DNA from: Clostridiales bacterium Firm_08
GTDB lineage: Bacteria > Bacillota > Clostridia > Oscillospirales > QAKW01
Direction: 5' to 3'
DNA length: 64,000 bases
NCBI GenBank assembly: GCA_001604045.1
Contig: LVAN01000003.1
Span: forward strand, 63,765-127,764
Positions within the stretch are counted from its first letter, which is position 1, and every line of letters starts with the position of its first letter. The translations under genes were made by a program, and so were the position numbers. Positions 33,675 to 43,229 of this stretch are shown here, in pieces. Under the pieces are notes generated by a model that had not been told where the DNA came from, searched no databases, and worked only from the letters and a program-made list of their open reading frames with translations.

Positions 33675-35021
33675 TCAGAAGATCTGTTCCAGACGGATCT
33701 CGGTGGAAGCTTTGAGGTCTCTCGCCGTCGCCTCGACCTCCGACTGATTTTTGCCTTCGACAAGGATGCGGATGTACGGCTCGGTGCCGGACGGACGGAC
33801 AAGGATCCTGCCCTTGCCTTTAAAGATCTCCTCCGCCTTTTTGACGTTGGAGAGGAAGGCTTCGTCCTCCATCAGCTTGCGCTTTTGCAGGTCGTTGGCG
33901 GTGACGTTGAACAGATACTGTGGATAAGGCGTGAACACGTTGTAGACGTCCTCGGAGGTCATACCGAAGTACGCCATCGCGCAGAGCAGCATGATCGCGG
34001 TGAGCTGACCGTCGCCGGTCGTCGCTTTTTCGAGGAATATGATATGCCCGGAGTGCTCGCCGCCCAGGACGTAGTCCTTCGCCATCATTTCCTCCAGCAC
34101 GTAGCGGTCGCCGACTTTGGTACAGGGGACTTTGATGCCGTTTTGCTCCATTTTTTCGATCAGCGCGAGGTTGCTCATCACGGTGGCGACGAGGGTGTCT
34201 TTTTTCAACCGTCCCTGTTCTTTGAGATACATGGCGATGACGGCGAGGATCTTGTCGCCGTCGATGACGCGGCCGGCGCTGTCCACGGCAAGACAGCGGT
34301 CGGCGTCGCCGTCAAAGGCGAAACCGATGTCGTACTTGCCCTCGCGAATGCGGGAGGAGATGTACTCCATATGGGTGGAACCGCAGCCGTCGTTGATGTT
34401 GGTGCCGTTGGGATGGTGGCCGAGCAGATCGAATTTGACGTCAAGATCGGTGAAAACGTCCGCCGCCGTGTTGGAGGTGGCGCCGTTGGAACAGTCGATC
34501 AGCACGGTGTAAGCGGAAAGATCCATCTCGCAGGCGGTTTTGATGTGCTCAAGATAAAAGTCTTTCGCCTTATGGTTATAGGAAAGGGAACCGAGATCCT
34601 TGACGGGTCTTACGGTATCGAAATCGTCCATCAGCGCCTCGATCTCGTCCTCTTTTTCGTCGGGCAGTTTGATGCCGCCTTTGGTAAGGATCTTGATGCC
34701 GTTGTATTCATAGGGGTTGTGGGAGGCGGAGATCATCACGCCGGCGTCCGCGCCCATACGGTCGATGAGAAAGGCGAGCGCCGGGGTGGGCAGGATGCCG
34801 ATGTCGATGACGTTGACGCCGCTGTAACAGAAACCGCTGATGATGGCGCCGGTCAGCATCCCCTTGGAGATGCGGGTGTCCGAGCCGAGGATGATCTTGG
34901 CTCTGGGATTGGACTGCTTCAAAAGATAGCCGCAGCTGGCGGCGCAGCGGAACGCGAGTTCCGGCGTGATGGCTTTGCCGACGACACCGCGGATGCCGTC
35001 TGTTCCGAAATACTTACTCAT
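33675..35021 (-). CDS. glmM: phosphoglucosamine mutase
   Basis: MSKYFGTDGIRG N-terminus, SASHNPYEYNGIK active-site loop, FDGDADR. Confidence 0.95.
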   Translation of the reverse strand: MSKYFGTDGIRGVVGKAITPELAFRCAASCGYLLKQSNPRAKIILGSDTRISKGMLTGAIISGFCYSGVNVIDIGILPTPALAFLIDRMGADAGVMISASHNPYEYNGIKILTKGGIKLPDEKEDEIEALMDDFDTVRPVKDLGSLSYNHKAKDFYLEHIKTACEMDLSAYTVLIDCSNGATSNTAADVFTDLDVKFDLLGHHPNGTNINDGCGSTHMEYISSRIREGKYDIGFAFDGDADRCLAVDSAGRVIDGDKILAVIAMYLKEQGRLKKDTLVATVMSNLALIEKMEQNGIKVPCTKVGDRYVLEEMMAKDYVLGGEHSGHIIFLEKATTGDGQLTAIMLLCAMAYFGMTSEDVYNVFTPYPQYLFNVTANDLQKRKLMEDEAFLSNVKKAEEIFKGKGRILVRPSGTEPYIRILVEGKNQSEVEATARDLKASTEIRLEQIF

Positions 35022-35033
35022 GATCTTTTCTCC

Positions 35034-36824
35034 TTATTCTACAGTAACGCTCTTGGCGAGATTTCTCGGCTGATCGATGTCGCACCCTTTTTGCAGGGCA
35101 ACGTAATAGGACAGAAGCTGCAGGGTGACGATGGCGGGCAGCGTGGCGGTGACGTCGGGCTGGCGGGGGATGGAGATCTTGCAGTCGGCGAAGTCGTCCG
35201 TCGCGACGTCGTCATAGGTGACGACGGTGACGAACGCGCCGCGCGCTTTGACCTCTTTGAGATTGGAGATGGTCTTTTGCATCCGCGCGGAGTCGGTAAG
35301 GCTCGCGACGACGGGAGTGTTTTCGGTGATCAGTGAGATGGTGCCGTGTTTGAGTTCGCCCGCGGCGTAGGACTCGGAGTGGATGTAGGAGATCTCCTTG
35401 AGTTTCAGGGAGGCCTCCATCGCCAGACTGAAATCCTGTCCTCTGCCCATAAAGAACACGTGCTCTTTATCGACAAAGCGGGCGGCGATATTCTCGGCGG
35501 TCTCACGGAAGGAGAGCGCTGTTTCGATGCGTTCGGGCAGTGTTTCGAACGCCACCATCATATCTTTGTATTCCTGCATCGTCAGGCGGTGTCCCGCGAG
35601 TTTGACGGCGAGCAGCTGCATCAGCGCGACCTGGCAGAGATACGCCTTGGTCGTCGCAACGGCGATCTCGGGACCCGCCAGCGTGTACAGCGTGTGGTCC
35701 GCCATACGGGCCAGCGACGAGCCGCGCACGTTGACGATGCCGAGGGTGCGGACGTTGTGCTCCTTGGCGAGCCGCACGGCGGCCAGCGTGTCCGCCGTCT
35801 CGCCGGACTGGGAGATGGCGATGACAAGATCGTCGGGATGCAGGATGGGATCGTCATAGCGGAATTCGCTCGCGATATGGGTGATGACGGGGATGCGCGC
35901 GAGTTTTTCGATGGCGTATTTGCCCATCAGTCCCGCGTGGTACGCGCTGCCGCACGCCACGATGTGGATGTTGCCCTTTACCTCAAAGCAGAACTCCTCA
36001 TCCTCAAAGATGGAAAAGTCGTTTTTATATTTGAGGATGGTTTGTTCCAGCACACGCGGCTCTTCAAAGATCTCCTTGAGCATAAAGTGGTCGTACCCGC
36101 TCTTTTGCGCGGCGTCCTCATCCCAGTCCGCCGTTTTCAGCTCTTTTTCAACGGGGTTGCCCGCCTCATCGACGAAACGGATGTCGTCCCGCGTCACGAT
36201 GGCGAGTTCGCCCTGCTCCGGCAGGTAGTACCGCTTGGTGTAGCAAAGGATCGCCGGCACGTCACTGGCAAGGAAATTCTCGTTTTCCCCCCGCGCCACG
36301 ATGAGAGGCGAAGCGCAGCGGGTGGCGTAGACGGTGTCCGGCTTGTCGTCGAACATCACGCACAGCGCGTAGGCGCCGTGGAACATGGAGACCGCTTCAA
36401 AGATCGCTTTTTGCGGGTCGCCGCGGTAGCAGGCGTTGATGACCGCCGCCGCGATCTCGGTATCGGTGTCGGATACCGGCGACGGATGATATTTCGCCGC
36501 CAGATCATGGTAGTTTTCAATGATGCCGTTGTGTACCAGCGTTACATGTCCCACGGTGTGGGGATGAGCGTTGGTATCGCTCGGCTCTCCGTGGGTCGCC
36601 CAGCGGGTGTGCCCGATGCCGCAATGCACCTCGGCCAGCGCGGCGCGCTCCACCTTGCGGCGCAGACGCTCCACCTTGCCCTGCGTTTTGACGACGCGGA
36701 CGCCGTCCTTTTCAAAGACCGCGATGCCGGCGGAGTCGTACCCGCGGTATTCCAGTTTTTCCAGTCCTCCGATGAGGACATCCGGCGCGTTCCTGCCGCC
36801 GGCGTATCCGATGATTCCACACAT
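35034..36824 (-). CDS. glmS: glutamine--fructose-6-phosphate aminotransferase
   Basis: MCGIIGY Ntn start at ATG 36824 with an AAGGAGA Shine-Dalgarno. SIS domains. C-terminal LAKSVTVE. Confidence 0.95.
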   Translation of the reverse strand: MCGIIGYAGGRNAPDVLIGGLEKLEYRGYDSAGIAVFEKDGVRVVKTQGKVERLRRKVERAALAEVHCGIGHTRWATHGEPSDTNAHPHTVGHVTLVHNGIIENYHDLAAKYHPSPVSDTDTEIAAAVINACYRGDPQKAIFEAVSMFHGAYALCVMFDDKPDTVYATRCASPLIVARGENENFLASDVPAILCYTKRYYLPEQGELAIVTRDDIRFVDEAGNPVEKELKTADWDEDAAQKSGYDHFMLKEIFEEPRVLEQTILKYKNDFSIFEDEEFCFEVKGNIHIVACGSAYHAGLMGKYAIEKLARIPVITHIASEFRYDDPILHPDDLVIAISQSGETADTLAAVRLAKEHNVRTLGIVNVRGSSLARMADHTLYTLAGPEIAVATTKAYLCQVALMQLLAVKLAGHRLTMQEYKDMMVAFETLPERIETALSFRETAENIAARFVDKEHVFFMGRGQDFSLAMEASLKLKEISYIHSESYAAGELKHGTISLITENTPVVASLTDSARMQKTISNLKEVKARGAFVTVVTYDDVATDDFADCKISIPRQPDVTATLPAIVTLQLLSYYVALQKGCDIDQPRNLAKSVTVE

Positions 36825-36838
36825 AAAACTATTTCTCC

Positions 36839-37873
36839 TTATTTTTTGAGAAGATCGGGTTTGCGCTTGGCGACCCAACCCTCTTTATTGGTTTGACGGC
36901 TGCGCGCGATGGCGAGCGAATCGTCCGGGATGTCCTCCGTTACCGTACTGCCGGCGGCGATATAGACGTGACTGCCGACTTTCACCGGCGCCACAAGATT
37001 GGTGTTGCACCCGATGAACGCGCCGTCGCCGATCTCACAACGGAATTTTTTCATACCGTCGTAGTTGGAGGTGACGGTGCCGCAGCCGAAGTTGACCCTC
37101 GCGCCGACGTCACTGTCCCCGACATAGGTGAGGTGGCAGACCTTGGTGCCCTCCCCGATGGTGGAGTTCTTGACCTCAACGAAATCGCCGACATGGACGT
37201 TTTCCTTCAGCACGGTATTGGGACGCAGTTGGGCGAAGGGTCCGATCGTCACGCCGTTTTCCGCGACCGCCTCGGTCAGCACGCTGCTGCGAACGATAAC
37301 GTTGTCCCCCAGCGTCACGTCGGTCAGCAGACTGTCGCCGGTGATGACGCAGCCCTCACCGATACTGCCGCTGCCGAACAGCCGGCAGTTTTTACCGATC
37401 CATGTGTTTTGCCCGACGGTGTAAAGCGGGGAGATGACCGCGCCTTCCTCGACGAACGTTCCGCCCTCGATCAGCGAGGCGATCACTTCGCTTTGCCGGC
37501 GGAACGCGATCTCCGCCGCGTTGAAAGAGGAGACGCGCTCACTGTCCTTCAACACAGCGGCGGGCAACGCCTCTAACGCTTCGGGATCGAGGTCTTTCGC
37601 GTCCTCCGGTTTGAGTATATAGCCTGCCGTCAGCCCCGTCGGGGTGACCAGCCGTACGCTTTTGCGCTGTTTTTTACGCGCCGCCGCCGCGAGGGACGGG
37701 GCGGAAAAATCCGCGTCGGTCCGCAGAAAAACGCCGCCCTCCGCGCCGTCGCCGTCGCCGGGAGCCAGCCCCGCGTCCCCGGCGCGGCGGATGAGGAATT
37801 CCTCACACATCAGTTCCGCCGCGATGCCTGCCGGAAGCGTTGAAAATCTCTCCGGTAAAACATAAAAATCCAC
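36839..37873 (-). CDS. GlmU-like glucosamine-1-phosphate N-acetyltransferase (left-handed beta-helix domain) lacking a recognisable uridylyltransferase N-domain
   Basis: The C-terminal ~200 aa are hexapeptide repeats ending in the GlmU-like ..NYDG.KK..T.IGD.AFIG.N..LVAPV.. pattern. The N-terminal ~120 aa lack the LAAGxGTRM signature. GTG 37873 has an AAGGTGGGG Shine-Dalgarno. The track ORF extends to 37975 through an AT-rich leader. Confidence 0.7.
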   Translation of the reverse strand: MDFYVLPERFSTLPAGIAAELMCEEFLIRRAGDAGLAPGDGDGAEGGVFLRTDADFSAPSLAAAARKKQRKSVRLVTPTGLTAGYILKPEDAKDLDPEALEALPAAVLKDSERVSSFNAAEIAFRRQSEVIASLIEGGTFVEEGAVISPLYTVGQNTWIGKNCRLFGSGSIGEGCVITGDSLLTDVTLGDNVIVRSSVLTEAVAENGVTIGPFAQLRPNTVLKENVHVGDFVEVKNSTIGEGTKVCHLTYVGDSDVGARVNFGCGTVTSNYDGMKKFRCEIGDGAFIGCNTNLVAPVKVGSHVYIAAGSTVTEDIPDDSLAIARSRQTNKEGWVAKRKPDLLKK

Positions 37874-37941
37874 TAGATCCCCACCTTTTTGACTTATAAT
37901 TTTGGGTATTTTTTTTATCTTTTTGGGCTTTGCCATCGTAT

Positions 37942-37970
37942 ATCTTATCATATTCGGCATAAAATTGCAA
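37942..37970 (-). promoter_or_regulatory. sigma-A type promoter for glmU-like/glmS/glmM operon
   Basis: On the minus strand, TTGCAA, 17 nt, TAAGAT. Confidence 0.5.
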
Positions 37971-38088
37971 GTCATTTTTGCACTTTATTTTCAGAGGAGG
38001 ATCGGCGGTCTGTTTGGGAAAATCAACAATGTTTTGCGCCGCGGTATGTGCAATGTTCACAAAAGCGAAAAGAGTGCGTACCTTACCA

Positions 38089-38117
38089 TTGACTTTTGCG
38101 AGTTATTTATATATAAT
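38089..38117 (+). promoter_or_regulatory. sigma-A type promoter for the 1652-aa SLH protein gene
   Basis: TTGACT (38089-38094), 17 nt, TATAAT (38112-38117). Confidence 0.65.
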
Positions 38118-38206
38118 TTATAAAGAGACAATATCTTTTCGACGCGGGCTGTCGCCCGCGGCGGATCGTTTGGATCGAACGACTCAAAATTCGGGAGGTA
38201 ACAAGT

Positions 38207-41200
38207 ATGAAAAGCATGAAGCGAGTACTTGCCGCGGTGCTGATGCCCGTTCTGATGCTGACGCTGATGCTCGGAACGTTCAGCGTGTCGGTATCGGCGG
38301 CGACGGCGTCGGACAGCCTGATGATCGTGGATGACGATCTGGCGGGCACGGCCGCCGGCAAAACGGTGAGCGTCACCGTTGGAGGTACCCAATATACCGG
38401 AAAGTTCGGCACCAACGCCTTCGCGACCATCGCGCAGGCGGTCGATGCCGTGACGGCGGGCGGCAGCGTGTATGTCGCCGCCGGCATTTACGCCGAGGAT
38501 ATCACGCTCAGCGGCAACGTCCACCTGTACGGCAACCGCGCGGGTGTCAACCCGAACAGCGACACCGATCCGGGAACGGCGAGCGGCAATCGCGCCATCA
38601 CGGGCGCGGCCGAGACCATCCTGCAGGACACCGTCATCCATTACGGCGCCCTGACGGAGGGGGAGAGCGGCATCATCGGCACCTTCACCCTCAACGGATT
38701 TGCGCTGACGGGCGACTCCTGTATCCGCCTGCAGGGCGAACGCCTTTCCAACTCGACGATCGAGATCTCCAATAATATTTTTGAGATCGTCAACGAGACG
38801 GCGTATCCCCGTATCGGCGTGAGTGACTCCTTCTTCGCAGCCGTCAGCGTCGGCGTGCGGGAGGACAACGCTTTTCTCCCGAACTATACCAACATCCTCA
38901 ACAACCGCATCCAGAGCGTCGGTGTGACGGGCGGCGGCATCGAGACCACCATCGGCGTCTATGTCGCCAACAGTGATTCGACGCTTCTCAGCGGCAACTG
39001 CATTTCCGACACGACGGGCGACACCTTCGTTATCACGATGCTGACCACGAGGGTGGAGGTCGTGGGCAACTGCTTCCGCAACGGCAGCCGCTCCCGTATT
39101 TATGACGCTGTCAGAGGCACGGTGCTGGTCCATGAGAACACCTTTGACGGTGTGGGCGGCACCACGTCGTCCGGCAACTACGCGTTCGGTCTGTATACCG
39201 ACGCCAACAGCAACAGTATGTGGACGAGCTGGGCGGATAACCCCGGCAACATCCATGTGTTTGACAATACCTTCTGCAATACCGGCAAGGCCATTCGCCT
39301 GTACGCGAAGGTCCGCTCCTATGACCAGGCGCTCAACGCCTCCCCGAACGGTTGTGAGATCTATAATAACAGCTTTTTGCCGCTGGATGCCGATAACTGC
39401 TGTTTCATCCATTTCAGTTACGGCGACGGCCTCTATAACCCCAGAGTGTATGATAACTATACCGCCGGTCTGAACCCCAAGGCGATCAGCCAGCAGGACA
39501 ATAACGACGCCGGCGCCGAGATCGACTTCGGCACCTATTGGCTCAATGAGGCGATGACCGACGATTCAACGCTTCTGGACGTCAACGCCATCACCAATGA
39601 CGGCGACGCGATTTTCTCCGGCACCAAGATCTACTGCGCGCCTGATTTCCGTATCGCGACGGAGATCGCCGCCGTGGACAGCGCCAAACCCGTCATCACC
39701 ACCAGAGAGGGCGGCTACTATGAGCTGTTCTCCGACGCGGAATGCAAAAACCCGCTCCCGAACGACACACTGGCGCTTGAGACCGGTGCGAACTTTATGT
39801 ACGCCAAGGTGCACTATGCCGAGTACAGCACCGTATATACCATCATCATAACGAAAAAGGTCACTTATTCTACCTATATGAACAGCAACGAATGCGTCGT
39901 CGGTTCGGAATTCGCCAAATACGCGACCGGACAGACGGTGTTCGTGCAGGTCCAGGGCGAGTGGCGGCGCGCTGTCGTCGGGCACTCGGCGTACGCCGAT
40001 ATTTCCGAGGCGATCAACAACGCGCAGAAGGGTGACATCATCAAAGTGATGGCGGGTCTCTATGATATCGGGCTTACCATCAGTAAAGGCATCGTCGTCC
40101 AGGGCAACAAGGCGGGCATCAACCCCACCGATATGTCCGATCCGGATTTCGGCAGGAACCCGGAGAGGACCGACGAGAACGAGGAGACGATCTTCACACA
40201 GCAGATCACCCTCAACGCCGGTATCAGCGGTTTGGAAGTTGACGGTATCATGCTGAAAGAAGGCGGCGTGTTCCGCTATAATTTCACCGGTCATACCAAC
40301 GGGCTTACCTTCAAAAACATCCTGCTTCGCAACTCCGCGACGCACGGCTTGATCTACAAGGCGAGAAACGACGCCGGCAACTCCATTCTGACGGGCCTGT
40401 ATCTCTATCAGAACCGTTTTGAGGAAAATTCCGCCAGCTATATCACCTGCGCCGGATCTATCGCCAACTCCACTTTTGAGAGAAACGTTTACTATAAAAC
40501 CAAGTCAAGCGCCGGTCACTATATCGGCGGCACCAACGGCGGCGTTTCCTCTCTCATCAAATTCAAGGACAATGTCTGGTATCAATGTACCGGCGCGACG
40601 CTCATCCAGAGTGCCGACGGTAGTGAGTCCAACGCGAACGCGAGAGCGGACGCGAGTTACTGGTATGAAGGCAACCGCCTCATCGACTGTACCTCCACCA
40701 CCGCCGCCGTGTTCCAGAGACTGAAATCCGGTATGCACATCACGATCATCGGCAACCGATTTGAAGGGACGACAAAGGCTACTCTCAAAGTCCTGCCGCA
40801 GAGCGGTACCTCCGGACAGACCGTTGAGATGCATGAGAACTATTTCGGTCCGTCCATGACCACCGTGCTTACTTCCGCCGTGGATACGACGGTGGACGCC
40901 AGCCGCAATTATTATGCTGTCGGCATCGACAAGAAGCCGCTGGTCGGCGACATTGCCTATATGCCTTACTACATCGACGCCGAAATGACGACACTGGTCG
41001 GCGACGCGGTCATCGAGTCTGTCACCCGCCCCGAGACGGCGGTGCTGGACAGCGACGCGCGGACTATCAGCTACACCGGTGAGGCGACGCTGGATGAGGT
41101 GGCGTTCTCCTTCGCGGTGAGCGAAGGTTCCACCTGTCAGATGTACTCCGACTCCGCCTGCACCCAGGCGCTGGCCGGTAATGTGATGCCGCTGGACGGC

Positions 41201-43165
41201 ACATATTCCATCGCGTACGCCAAGGTGACGGCGGCGGACGGCGTGACGAGCAAGGTCTACACTGTCAACGTTACCAAACCCGTCAACACCAAAGCGATAT
41301 TGAAAGGGATCGCGCAGGAAGACAGCGTATTTATCCAGCAGAGCGCCACCAAGGCGACGGCGCGTGTGCCCCGGACCGCGGTCATCGCCGATATTACGCC
41401 GATCGTTTCCTCCGGCGCGTCGCCGTATGTTTACGCGGCGGACGATACCGAGATGAAATCGCCCATTGTCTCTACAGGCGACGTGGCGATCCCTGTCGGA
41501 AAAACTTCCTTTATTATAAAGGTGGTCTCCGAGGACGGAAATACGACGAATATCTACGATCTCACCGTTGAGCGCCGTGAGGCGAGCGACGCGTGCGAAC
41601 TTATCAATCTGACCGGCGGTATCTACGCCGCGGAGTTCGACGGCAATGATGTCACCGTCGCGTATGAGAACGACGTGACTTCCGTTACGCCTGTCATCGA
41701 GGTCAGCAACGGCGCGGTCTATAAACTGTACAAGGATATGGGCTTTAATATCGAGATCAGCGGTAAGATCGATCTGGAAGTGGGCGATAATATCGTCTAC
41801 GCGCTGGTCACCGCCGAGGACGGCGAGACGACCGCCGGCTATACGCTGCATCTCAATCGTGAAAGCAAATCCGGTGACAACTATATCCGCTATGACAGCG
41901 AGTACAATTCCTTCCCGACTTTCGCGCTCAGCGAGACAGAGCGTACCGAAAACGAGGGCATCATCGAATACGTCGGTCTGAAAGAGATCCGCAACTTCAC
42001 CCTCAATGAGGAATACGGTCTGCCGTATATCTATCTCTACCCCGATGAGTATATGTCCTCGATCGCCGATGAGCTGATCGTCTCCAGAGGCGCGACCTAC
42101 GACATTTTCAAAAAGTATGAGGGCGGTGTTCTTTCGGGACTTGTCAGTTCGCAGAATTCCCCGGCGAATATCAGCCTTAAAGAAGGCGAGAACAACTTCT
42201 TTGTCCGCGTGACCGCCGCTAACGATGACTCGCGTATTTACAATCTGCGCGTGTACAACCTCGTCAAGCTGACGGGCAACGACCTGTTCGCCATTGATAA
42301 TTTCTCCACCCGTAAAGAGGGCAACGTCCTCATCGGCAACGGCTCGGTGGATGAAGCGCCCATCGTGATGCGCGCGAGCGACGGCGCGACCGTCAAGGTC
42401 TATGCCGATCGCAAAAAGACCATCCCCGTGCCCGCCACAGTCTCTGTCAAGGTCGACGAGACGATCGGAGATAAGTATACCAACGTCAGTATTGACAAAG
42501 TGATGTCGCAGAACTACATCGTTTACTACGTGGACGTCACTTCTCAGGCAGGCAAGACCGCGACTTATACCGTTAAACTTTTGTCCGGCCTGTTCCGCGC
42601 CACTTTCGCGGACGTTGAGGAGAAATACTGGGCGGCGTCCTACATCGACAGCGCGTACAATATGGGCATCGTATCCGGATCGCTGGGTGATGACGGATTG
42701 CTGTATTTCAACCCGACCAAAAACGCCACCCGCCAGGAGATCGCCGTCTTTATGTGCAACCTGCTGGGTATCGACAGGAGTTATTACAGCGCCAAAGCGC
42801 TGACCTATAAGGATAAGAGCAAGATCGGATCCTGGGCGAGAAAGGCGGTCGTCGCGGCGACGAGTCTCGGCTTTATGCAGGGTTCCGGCGGAAACTTCAA
42901 TCCGACCGCGAACATCACAAGACAGGAGTTTATGGTCGTCATCGTGCGTGCCTGCCGGATGGATACCGGCACTTACGGCAGCGGCGTGCTGAAAAACTTC
43001 AAGGATAAGAACAAGATCGCGTCCTGGGCAAAGGTCTACGCGCAGACCGCGGTGGGTTACGGACTGATCTCCGGTACGAACGGATATATCCGTCCGAACG
43101 ACAACATCACCCGTGCCGAGATCGCCAAGATCATGGTGGACGCCAAACCCTTTGCGAGAGGGTAA
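38207..43165 (+). CDS. very large S-layer-homology (SLH) anchored exoprotein with beta-helix-like and cadherin-like beta-sandwich repeats
   Basis: 1652 aa with a signal peptide ending VSVSAATA. Two beta-helix-like regions (N..I.N..F repeats). At least 5 modules ending in YT(V/L).(V/L) motifs such as YTVNVTK, YDLTVER, YTLHLNR and YTVKLL. C-terminal SLH repeats FADVEEKYWAASYI, YKDKSKIGSWARKAV and FKDKNKIASWAKVYA. Confidence 0.85.
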   Translation: MKSMKRVLAAVLMPVLMLTLMLGTFSVSVSAATASDSLMIVDDDLAGTAAGKTVSVTVGGTQYTGKFGTNAFATIAQAVDAVTAGGSVYVAAGIYAEDITLSGNVHLYGNRAGVNPNSDTDPGTASGNRAITGAAETILQDTVIHYGALTEGESGIIGTFTLNGFALTGDSCIRLQGERLSNSTIEISNNIFEIVNETAYPRIGVSDSFFAAVSVGVREDNAFLPNYTNILNNRIQSVGVTGGGIETTIGVYVANSDSTLLSGNCISDTTGDTFVITMLTTRVEVVGNCFRNGSRSRIYDAVRGTVLVHENTFDGVGGTTSSGNYAFGLYTDANSNSMWTSWADNPGNIHVFDNTFCNTGKAIRLYAKVRSYDQALNASPNGCEIYNNSFLPLDADNCCFIHFSYGDGLYNPRVYDNYTAGLNPKAISQQDNNDAGAEIDFGTYWLNEAMTDDSTLLDVNAITNDGDAIFSGTKIYCAPDFRIATEIAAVDSAKPVITTREGGYYELFSDAECKNPLPNDTLALETGANFMYAKVHYAEYSTVYTIIITKKVTYSTYMNSNECVVGSEFAKYATGQTVFVQVQGEWRRAVVGHSAYADISEAINNAQKGDIIKVMAGLYDIGLTISKGIVVQGNKAGINPTDMSDPDFGRNPERTDENEETIFTQQITLNAGISGLEVDGIMLKEGGVFRYNFTGHTNGLTFKNILLRNSATHGLIYKARNDAGNSILTGLYLYQNRFEENSASYITCAGSIANSTFERNVYYKTKSSAGHYIGGTNGGVSSLIKFKDNVWYQCTGATLIQSADGSESNANARADASYWYEGNRLIDCTSTTAAVFQRLKSGMHITIIGNRFEGTTKATLKVLPQSGTSGQTVEMHENYFGPSMTTVLTSAVDTTVDASRNYYAVGIDKKPLVGDIAYMPYYIDAEMTTLVGDAVIESVTRPETAVLDSDARTISYTGEATLDEVAFSFAVSEGSTCQMYSDSACTQALAGNVMPLDGTYSIAYAKVTAADGVTSKVYTVNVTKPVNTKAILKGIAQEDSVFIQQSATKATARVPRTAVIADITPIVSSGASPYVYAADDTEMKSPIVSTGDVAIPVGKTSFIIKVVSEDGNTTNIYDLTVERREASDACELINLTGGIYAAEFDGNDVTVAYENDVTSVTPVIEVSNGAVYKLYKDMGFNIEISGKIDLEVGDNIVYALVTAEDGETTAGYTLHLNRESKSGDNYIRYDSEYNSFPTFALSETERTENEGIIEYVGLKEIRNFTLNEEYGLPYIYLYPDEYMSSIADELIVSRGATYDIFKKYEGGVLSGLVSSQNSPANISLKEGENNFFVRVTAANDDSRIYNLRVYNLVKLTGNDLFAIDNFSTRKEGNVLIGNGSVDEAPIVMRASDGATVKVYADRKKTIPVPATVSVKVDETIGDKYTNVSIDKVMSQNYIVYYVDVTSQAGKTATYTVKLLSGLFRATFADVEEKYWAASYIDSAYNMGIVSGSLGDDGLLYFNPTKNATRQEIAVFMCNLLGIDRSYYSAKALTYKDKSKIGSWARKAVVAATSLGFMQGSGGNFNPTANITRQEFMVVIVRACRMDTGTYGSGVLKNFKDKNKIASWAKVYAQTAVGYGLISGTNGYIRPNDNITRAEIAKIMVDAKPFARG

Positions 43166-43177
43166 AACAAAAATAAT

Positions 43178-43216
43178 AAAGAGACGGTCACGCTTAGCGT
43201 GACCGTCTCTTTATTT
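43178..43216. terminator. bidirectional rho-independent terminator
   Basis: AAAGAGACGGTCACGC-tta-GCGTGACCGTCTCTTT followed by ATTT. Confidence 0.8.
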
Positions 43217-43229
43217 GTAATGGTGTGCT

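Noticed and set aside
37902-38123. Hydrophobic 73-aa ORF (and 37803..38060, 37978..38334) in the divergent promoter region between the glmU-like gene and the giant SLH gene.
   Set aside because: The Phe/Ile/Leu richness comes from T-runs in AT-rich promoter DNA. There is no SD with a correctly spaced start, and the ORF overlaps two good sigma-A promoters.
36825-38206. glmS ribozyme upstream of glmS or of the glmU-like gene.
   Set aside because: The glmS 5' spacer is only 14 nt. The operon leader is short, A-rich and unstructured, and no conserved ribozyme core sequence was recognised by eye. Formal cmsearch is still advisable.
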